From an uncultured Saprospiraceae bacterium (GTDB taxonomy: Bacteria; Bacteroidota; Bacteroidia; Chitinophagales; Saprospiraceae), in the NCBI GenBank assembly GCA_937969485.1, contig CALBVQ010000128.1, positions 1 through 42,690 of the forward strand: a stretch of 42,690 bases of DNA, in the 5' to 3' direction. Below, one piece after another: positions 37,153-42,690 of the stretch. The notes beneath the pieces are model-generated. The model was given only the letters and a program-made list of their open reading frames with translations. It made no database searches and was not told where the DNA came from. A program made the translations under genes and the position numbers. Within the stretch, counting starts at the first letter, position 1. The number at the start of each line of letters is the position of its first letter.

Positions 37153-38280
37153 ATGAGTGCTGCTGATGAAAAGATAAAATTAGATACAATTCCGGACGCT
37201 ATAGAGGCGATAAGAAGGGGAGAGGTAATTATTGTAGTAGATGATGAAGATCGAGAAAATGAGGGGGATTTCATATGTGCAGCTGATGCAGTGACGCCTG
37301 AAATCATAAATTTTATGGCATCCCATGGTAGAGGATTGATATGTACGCCCATAATGGAATCACTAGCGGATAAACTAGAGTTAACACCTATGGTAAATAA
37401 CAATACAGCCCTTCACGAGACTGCATTTACTGTATCGATTGATTACTTGAAGAAAGGATGCTCCACAGGAATTTCGGCATATGATCGTTCGACTGGCATC
37501 AAAGCTTTAACTGAGGAAGGCACGGTAGCTAGTGATTATGCTAGACCAGGACACATTTTTCCTTTGCGAGCTAAGGAGGGTGGAGTATTGAGGAGAACTG
37601 GACATACGGAGGCAGCTGTTGATTTAGCAAAAATGGCAGGCTTTTATCCTGCAGGAGTTCTCGTTGAAATTCTTAATGAGGATGGGAGTATGGCTAGATT
37701 ACCACAGTTGACAAAAATTGCCGCAAAGCATGATTTGAAATTGATTTCCATAAAAGATCTCGTTTCGTATAGAATGACAACTGAGCGTATCGTAAAAAAA
37801 GAATTTGAAACAACACTTACAACAAAATTTGGAGATTTGCGTGCTGTGGCTTACAGTCAAGTTACGACTCAAGATACTCATTTAGTGCTGATCAAGGGAG
37901 ATATTTCTCAGCAAGAGGATGTTCTAGTTAGAGTACACTCAAGCAGTGAGACTGGTGATATAACAGCGCACCTGTTTGGTGATGGAGGTAAAACTGTGGA
38001 AAATGTGTTAAGTAAGATTCAAAATGAAGGAGCTGGTGTATTTTTATATATGAGACATGGTGAAAAAGGAGAATCCATCGTTAATAAGTTGAAAGAGATC
38101 GATAATGATCCTACCAATGATCCTTTAAGATCACACGTGCAAAGAGATTTCGGAGTAGGAGCACAGATACTTCGTGACCTGGGAATCCGAAAAATCCGAT
38201 TATTAACCAACAGTCACAAGAAGAGAATTGCACTTGATGGATATGGACTCGAAATTACCGAGACTGTGAGTTTCGGGTAA
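37153..38280 (+). CDS. ribBA: 3,4-dihydroxy-2-butanone-4-phosphate synthase fused to a degenerate GTP cyclohydrolase II-like domain
   Basis: The RibB half reads RGEVIIVVDDEDRENEGDFICAADAVTPE...GRGLICTP...RPGHIFPL...RTGHTEAAVDLA. The C-terminal half aligns to RibA, but the Zn-ligand cysteines are absent (VHSSSETGD...LFGDGGKTV in place of VHSECLTGD...LRCDCGFQL). Confidence 0.88.
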   Translation: MSAADEKIKLDTIPDAIEAIRRGEVIIVVDDEDRENEGDFICAADAVTPEIINFMASHGRGLICTPIMESLADKLELTPMVNNNTALHETAFTVSIDYLKKGCSTGISAYDRSTGIKALTEEGTVASDYARPGHIFPLRAKEGGVLRRTGHTEAAVDLAKMAGFYPAGVLVEILNEDGSMARLPQLTKIAAKHDLKLISIKDLVSYRMTTERIVKKEFETTLTTKFGDLRAVAYSQVTTQDTHLVLIKGDISQQEDVLVRVHSSSETGDITAHLFGDGGKTVENVLSKIQNEGAGVFLYMRHGEKGESIVNKLKEIDNDPTNDPLRSHVQRDFGVGAQILRDLGIRKIRLLTNSHKKRIALDGYGLEITETVSFG

Positions 38281-38296
38281 CTGCTAAGCAAGAGAA

Positions 38297-38833
38297 ATGT
38301 TTGAAGAGATATTAAGCACCTTAGCTAGCGACAAAAATTGCACTTATACTAGAGAAGATTTTACAGTAGCTGGAAATTGGGGAGCAAGCGCGCCTGTTTC
38401 GATTCATCGGTTGAGAATTGCTCATGAAGGTCTTGAGATTCAGATGAAGATTGACTTGGGTAATCATAATCTTGCTGAGGTAAATGTTGTAATTCCAGTT
38501 AATTCTTTAGTCTCTGATTTTAAGTTAACTACCAAGGAACAGCTGTCTAGATTATTTAGCTTCGATAAGAGCCCTTGGAAAGTTAAAACTAAAGATCCCC
38601 AGTTGAATCGAGAAGTCAGCAAAGCTCTCGATCAATCTGGACTGACTAAATTAGCTAAGGATGAGATTTTTGTTCCCACAATAGAAGGTTTGTACAAAGA
38701 TCTTACCTACACGGTTTTTACTCGGTATTATCTTGGATTTAATAATAAGGAAAAGTCAGTAGAGCTAGTTATTGAATTTTACAAAGAGCTAATTCAACAC
38801 ATTCTATCGAATTATGGAAATAAGTTACGATGA
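38297..38833 (+). CDS. Hypothetical protein
   Basis: 178-aa ORF on the same strand as ribBA and 16 nt downstream of it. I recognised no motifs. Confidence 0.55.
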   Translation: MFEEILSTLASDKNCTYTREDFTVAGNWGASAPVSIHRLRIAHEGLEIQMKIDLGNHNLAEVNVVIPVNSLVSDFKLTTKEQLSRLFSFDKSPWKVKTKDPQLNREVSKALDQSGLTKLAKDEIFVPTIEGLYKDLTYTVFTRYYLGFNNKEKSVELVIEFYKELIQHILSNYGNKLR

Positions 38834-39035
38834 CTGAGGTCTGTAGAATTTTCAATTGTTTATGACTCTTGACAGTTATACAGACAAGGTAAGTTTTAGT
38901 ATTAGAACTCAGCTTTTGACTAATTTCTTAACTTAGCAAGGCTGATTAGTTTTGTGTCGGTAAGCATCAATAGATTTCAACTTACAACTAAATTCATAAC
39001 TTGCGCAGTAATTTATTACATGCAAAATTTATAGT

Positions 39036-39172
39036 GGAAAAAGGGATGCCAAGTTGAAAAAGGAAATGGTGAATCCCAATCCGTTGCTAATTGCGATTGT
39101 GATCATTACACAGCAGAAGAACATCAAACAAATCGTAGAATATCATTCAGAATTAAAGATATTAAAAGCTAA
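39036..39172 (+). pseudogene. Relic of the extreme C-terminus of an OmpA/MotB-family protein
   Basis: The open frame after a TAG translates as WKKGCQVEKGNGESQSVANCDCDHYTAEEHQTNRRISFRIKDIKS*. The ...C.EEEHQ.NRR.EF.I tail is characteristic of Bacteroidota OmpA-family C-termini. There is no start codon, and all upstream frames are closed. Confidence 0.45.
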
Positions 39173-39184
39173 GGTAGGTCTAAA

Positions 39185-39200
39185 CTTTGGGCGTAAGCCC
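39185..39200 (+). repeat. CTTTGGGCGTAAGCCC hairpin motif, an intergenic copy
   Basis: GGGC-GTAA-GCCC with the conserved CTTTGG flank, 13 nt after the stop of the OmpA relic. Confidence 0.6.
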
Positions 39201-39274
39201 ATCTAAACAAGATACGGCAAGTGGTGCTTATTCTTCATTATTTTATTTAACTTGGCTCTAAATTACCCTACAAT

Positions 39275-41530
39275 TTGCCAATAATTAAATACATAGCAGT
39301 CCTGCTTGGTATGTTTGTGTTTTTACCCAATAGTAATTGCCAAATTACCTCCAAAGAATCTCTACAGAAGGTGGCTCAAAGTGCCATGCACAAGTCGGAT
39401 GGAATTAAGGCATTAACTTCGCTATTTGATGATTATGTAGTGACTAAAAACGATCTAGAAAAGTACGAGAAGATATGGGCTACTTATGATATTGAAGATA
39501 TTGAAACTCAACTGTCTTTCCTTTATCAATTTCAAAAATATTACTGTGCATTTGGAATGGAGAACAAATGCATCACAACCAATAATCAATTACAAGAATT
39601 AGCTAATCGGAATAATTCACCAGATTATTCATTCAAAGCCTTTATGACCTTATCTCGGTACTACCATGATAAAGGAGAATTATTAGCTTCTCATCAATTA
39701 ATGAAAAAGGCTTCAACTATTTTAGAAATAGGTAAGAATCTGAAAAATCGTAACGCCTTTTATGTGGAAAAAGCGAGGCAGAAAAGGATTGCAGGGGAAA
39801 TTGATAGCGCATTGTATTTTTCCGAACTTTCTCTTGAAAATTTGAATCTCGAAGAGGATTTCTCGGAATTGGCAAATTCTTATAATGGTAAGGGTAGGAT
39901 ATTCCGGCATTTAGGCAACACTGACTCACTTGAAGCGAATTATAGAAAAGCATTATTCTTCGCTGAAAAACACCAGTCGACCGAATTGTTACCTAGTATT
40001 TATAACAACTTGGGTAATGTTGGACACATCAAAGGAAGATATGACGAGGCGATAGAATTCTATATGAAATCAATCGCGTTCAAGGAGAAGAAAGGAGACA
40101 TAAAAGGTTTATCTATAGGGTTCCATAACATCGGTGCTATCAAGGCTGATATGCTAGATTACGAAGGCGCAATAGTAGAATTGAAAAAGTCCAATGAATT
40201 AGCGAATCAGCTGGAATACAAAGTAATGAATGTGCATAATGGGTTGAAACTCGGTAATGCGTACAAGTTCTCTAATAAGTTGGATTTAGCTATTGATTAT
40301 TATACAGAAGCACTTGAAATGGCGGAAGAAATTGATTTTTCGAAAGGGATCACGTCCGCTCGCCTTGGACTTGGTTTATGTTATACTGAAATGGGGGAAT
40401 ATAGTCAAGCACAACAAAATCTATATAGTGCACTTTCTCAAGCTGAAGAAATAGGTTATAAATCTGAAGAATGTTCGGCTTTAGTTGGAATTGCAGAATG
40501 GTATTTGAAAACTGAAGAATCGGGCAACGAGAAAAATATTCAATTTTCAAAAACTGAAATAGAAAGACTTCTCCTAAGAGCTAAATCTCTTTCTGAAGAA
40601 ATGAAGTATGGAGAAAAGAGATTACAAGTGTATGAAAGTTTAGATAGATTATATAGAAACACAAACAACCTTAAAAAACACAATGCCTTATTAACGGAAT
40701 ACTTAGTTTATAAAGACAGTATTTTCACTGAAACACGAACGAAAGCTATTGCTGACTGGGAAACAAAGTATGCAACAGCCGAAAAAGAAAAAGAAATCAT
40801 CCAATTGCAAGCTGACAATAAAATTTCAGAATTGAAAGCTAGAGGATGGAAAATAGCACTAGGTATAACGGCCTTTTTTTTAAGCCTCTTAGGCTTTTTC
40901 TTACATAAATATCAAAAGCGTAAAAACGCGCAAAAGCAAATGGAAGAAGCTGAGCGTTTCAGATCCAAGTTATCAAGTGATCTCCATGACGACGTAGGCA
41001 CCATGTTGTCCTCCTTATCCATGCAAACTGATGTCATGGGATTAACAGCCAGTGATGAACAAGTGCAGAAATTTGAGAAATTGAGCAATCTGAGTCGAGA
41101 AGCAATGTCTAGAATGCGAGATACGGTTTGGGCAATTGATTCTCGAAAAGACAAGGTAGAAGATTTACTTGATCGAATGAAAGATTACCTTGCTGATACG
41201 CTTGAAGGCCATAAGCTAAAGGCAACATTTAATCATAATAATTTTGAATTAGATTCAAAATTATTGCCTGATGTTCGTCAGAATATATATCTCATTTTTA
41301 AAGAAGCAGTCAACAACGCTGCCAAATACAGTTCTGGAGATCAACTAACTATCGCTTTTAAGCAATCTAACAATTCTATTTATCTACGTATCCACGACAA
41401 TGGGGTAGTGAATCCTAGCAAAGTTAAAACTTCTGGGACTGGGTTGAGCAATATGAAAATGAGAGCCAATCGCATGAATCTGGAATGCAAAATCAATACT
41501 GAAAATGGATATGAAATTGTAGTTCAGTAA
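39275..41530 (+). CDS. TPR-repeat sensor histidine kinase (HisKA_3 / NarX-DesK type)
   Basis: 751 aa: signal/TM, ~480 aa of TPR-like repeats (YNNLGNVGHIKGRYDEAIEFYMKSIA...), a TM helix (IALGITAFFLSLLGFFL), the H-box SSDLHDDVGTMLSSL and HATPase_c (NNAAKYS...DNG...GTGLSNMKMRA). The start is uncertain: TTG at 39275 or ATG at 39311. Confidence 0.85.
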   Translation: MPIIKYIAVLLGMFVFLPNSNCQITSKESLQKVAQSAMHKSDGIKALTSLFDDYVVTKNDLEKYEKIWATYDIEDIETQLSFLYQFQKYYCAFGMENKCITTNNQLQELANRNNSPDYSFKAFMTLSRYYHDKGELLASHQLMKKASTILEIGKNLKNRNAFYVEKARQKRIAGEIDSALYFSELSLENLNLEEDFSELANSYNGKGRIFRHLGNTDSLEANYRKALFFAEKHQSTELLPSIYNNLGNVGHIKGRYDEAIEFYMKSIAFKEKKGDIKGLSIGFHNIGAIKADMLDYEGAIVELKKSNELANQLEYKVMNVHNGLKLGNAYKFSNKLDLAIDYYTEALEMAEEIDFSKGITSARLGLGLCYTEMGEYSQAQQNLYSALSQAEEIGYKSEECSALVGIAEWYLKTEESGNEKNIQFSKTEIERLLLRAKSLSEEMKYGEKRLQVYESLDRLYRNTNNLKKHNALLTEYLVYKDSIFTETRTKAIADWETKYATAEKEKEIIQLQADNKISELKARGWKIALGITAFFLSLLGFFLHKYQKRKNAQKQMEEAERFRSKLSSDLHDDVGTMLSSLSMQTDVMGLTASDEQVQKFEKLSNLSREAMSRMRDTVWAIDSRKDKVEDLLDRMKDYLADTLEGHKLKATFNHNNFELDSKLLPDVRQNIYLIFKEAVNNAAKYSSGDQLTIAFKQSNNSIYLRIHDNGVVNPSKVKTSGTGLSNMKMRANRMNLECKINTENGYEIVVQ

Positions 41531-41542
41531 GGTGTTTTAATA

Positions 41543-42175
41543 TTATAGTTTCCCTTGATGATACATAGAAAGTAAGCCCACTTTATTGTTCACTTGAAGA
41601 ACTTCATAAATATTCTTGATGTGACTTCGAACGGTATTCAACGAAATAAAACACGTGCTTGCAATTTCATTATAGGTTTTCCCTTCAACAACATGTTCAA
41701 CAATCTCTTTTTGACGAGGAGATAGATGAATCACTTCTTTTGTGTCTTTTTCCTTATTGAAAAACGTTGCTATTTTCCGAGCAATAGAGGGAGACATGTA
41801 AGAACCACCATATGCAACTATATTAAGAGCTTCTATGATTTTTGGAAGTGGTGTCTTTTTAGAAATATAAGAACAGGCACCATCGCATAAAGCCTTAAAT
41901 ATTTTGTCCTCTTCTTCATAAGTAGTCAGCATGATAATATTGATTTCTGGCAATTTCTTCTTGATATGCGAAATCCCTTCAAGTCCTGACATTCCAGGTA
42001 AGCCAATATCTAGAAACAGAATTGTCGGCACATTGGTCGTGAACGTAGTTTCCAAGAAATCCTCTACATTTCCATACTCCCCAATTACAGGAATAGCTGT
42101 TTTCGCCTCTGCAAAAAGACGAACACTTTCCCTTATAGACGTATTATCCTCAATAATCGCTAATCTATGCTCCAT
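41543..42175 (-). CDS. LuxR/NarL-family response regulator
   Basis: I place the start at MEHRLAIIEDN (ATG at 42175). The REC domain has the phospho-acceptor context ILFLDIGLPGMSG. The C-terminal HTH is LSPRQKEIVEHVVEGKTYNEIASTCFISLNTVRSHIKNIY. It is convergent with the kinase, 12 nt apart. Confidence 0.88.
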   Translation of the reverse strand: MEHRLAIIEDNTSIRESVRLFAEAKTAIPVIGEYGNVEDFLETTFTTNVPTILFLDIGLPGMSGLEGISHIKKKLPEINIIMLTTYEEEDKIFKALCDGACSYISKKTPLPKIIEALNIVAYGGSYMSPSIARKIATFFNKEKDTKEVIHLSPRQKEIVEHVVEGKTYNEIASTCFISLNTVRSHIKNIYEVLQVNNKVGLLSMYHQGKL

Positions 42176-42408
42176 TTTATAAAGATACTTAATCTTAATC
42201 AAAATTGTCAAGCCTATATTGTTAAAAGTATAGAATGCCTTTCATTCTTTTTCTGAATTTATTTCGATCTGTGGGCGATACCCATTTTCTTTCAGCGAAG
42301 CTTCAAGAAATGGGTCGGAGTCTTACGCACGCGCTATTCGCTTGGTCCCGCCTTCTTTATAAATTGAGATGAATGAAAATATTTTACAGTTAATAATCTA
42401 ATAAGAGA

Positions 42409-42518
42409 TTAATGTATAAATGAATATCTAAGGCGTGACTCTCCCTTTAATCAATGTATTGAATTAATGTTTAATGTATAAAAATACTGAATATCAAATG
42501 TTTAATGTTGATTAATGT
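42409..42518 (+). repeat. Cluster of seven (T/C)(T/A)AATGT heptamers, including an imperfect ~22-26-bp direct repeat
   Basis: TTAATGT occurs at 42409, 42464, 42471, 42502 and 42512, with TCAATGT at 42451 and CAAATGT at 42495. TTAATGTATAAATGAATATC (42409-42428) resembles TTAATGTATAAAAATACTGAATATC (42471-42495). Confidence 0.55.
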
Positions 42519-42574
42519 CGGTCGATGCTCCAGGTACCTATCGCAAAAAATAATTTTCAATTTACTCTATTCTT

Positions 42575-42690
42575 ATAATACCAACTCTGTTTTAAGGTTT
42601 CACTTTATTTTCAAGAATTATTAAATCAAGTACAAGGCAGAAAACGCAGGGATAGCCTTAGCTATCATGAGTATTTCTAACGAAGTAATT
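42575..42690 (+). repeat. MITE-like / long-hairpin repeat element, copy B (left arm and core; truncated by the window end)
   Basis: 42576-42690 aligns without gaps to 2-116, with 7 substitutions over 115 nt, in the same orientation. Confidence 0.6.

Noticed and set aside
37100-37160. An expected FMN (RFN) riboswitch upstream of the riboflavin gene
   Set aside because: Only 4 nt separate the upstream GT4 stop from the ribB start, which leaves no room for a riboswitch.
40881-40900. The AAGCCT-CTT-AGGCTT palindrome and other short GC hairpins inside genes (for example GGGCGCTAAGCC, read on the minus strand, at 1331-1342), considered as extra copies of the GNRA-hairpin motif
   Set aside because: They lack the conserved CTTT(T)GG flank or the GGCG-NAA-GCC core, so they are treated as chance palindromes.
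42235-42372. A 45-codon ORF (MPFILFLNLFRSVGDTHFLSAKLQEMGRSLTHALFAWSRLLYKLR*) next to the response-regulator promoter
   Set aside because: There is no family resemblance, and the region is better described by its hairpin (ACCCATTTTCTT/AAGAAATGGGT). It is kept only as part of the possible structured-RNA observation.
1-42690. The same element at both window ends, suggesting a circular replicon or assembly overlap, or a genomic island bounded by direct repeats
   Set aside because: The two copies differ at 7-8 of about 116 positions, so this is not an assembly overlap. The interior is housekeeping (miaA, rpe, ribB, lolD-like) with no integrase, transposase or phage genes, so it is not an island.

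Overview
This 42.7-kb window looks like an AT-rich chromosomal segment from a Bacteroidota organism, probably a Flavobacteriia-like marine type. That placement is an inference from four cargo proteins carrying T9SS C-terminal sorting domains, TAnnTTTG-type -7 promoter boxes and the absence of Shine-Dalgarno sites. I saw no rRNA, tRNA, CRISPR array, transposase, integrase or phage genes.

Gene content is mostly housekeeping and envelope functions:
- Core metabolism and tRNA modification: miaA, rpe, and a RibB fused to a degenerate GTP cyclohydrolase II-like domain.
- Other enzymes: a PaaI-type thioesterase, a PlsC-like acyltransferase, an isoaspartyl peptidase/asparaginase lipoprotein, and a HI0933-like flavoprotein.
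- Envelope and transport: a YfhO-like and a GT39 membrane glycosyltransferase, two GT4 glycosyltransferases, a CarboxypepD_reg/TonB-dependent receptor, a DUF389 membrane protein and a LolD-like ABC ATPase.
- Redox and light: an SCO plus cytochrome c lipoprotein pair, and a cryptochrome-DASH.
- Regulation: a TPR sensor kinase with a convergent LuxR-type response regulator.
- Secreted T9SS cargo: a choice-of-anchor B protein, a zinc metalloprotease, a 1681-aa protein and a 1348-aa multidomain adhesin.

Observations most worth a second look:
1. An asymmetric 16-17-nt hairpin motif, CTTT(T)GG(G)CG-NAA-GCC(C), occurs nine times in both coding and non-coding DNA. Three of these share an exact 16-mer that encodes LLAEA in the same frame each time.
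2. The 1681-aa T9SS protein contains 12 tandem copies of a 108/118-aa, three-cysteine domain that I cannot assign to a known family.
3. A ~161-bp long-hairpin or MITE-like element sits at both window edges, with the two copies about 94% identical.
4. Several non-coding stretches carry unexplained structure: a GC-rich island at 17.3-17.5 kb with a possible relative at 42.26 kb, a 724-bp convergent spacer, and a TTAATGT heptamer cluster.
5. A Rof-like small protein overlaps a small conserved gene.
6. A relic of an OmpA C-terminus lies in the spacer at about 39.0 kb.

All family assignments come from motif recognition by eye. No database search was run.
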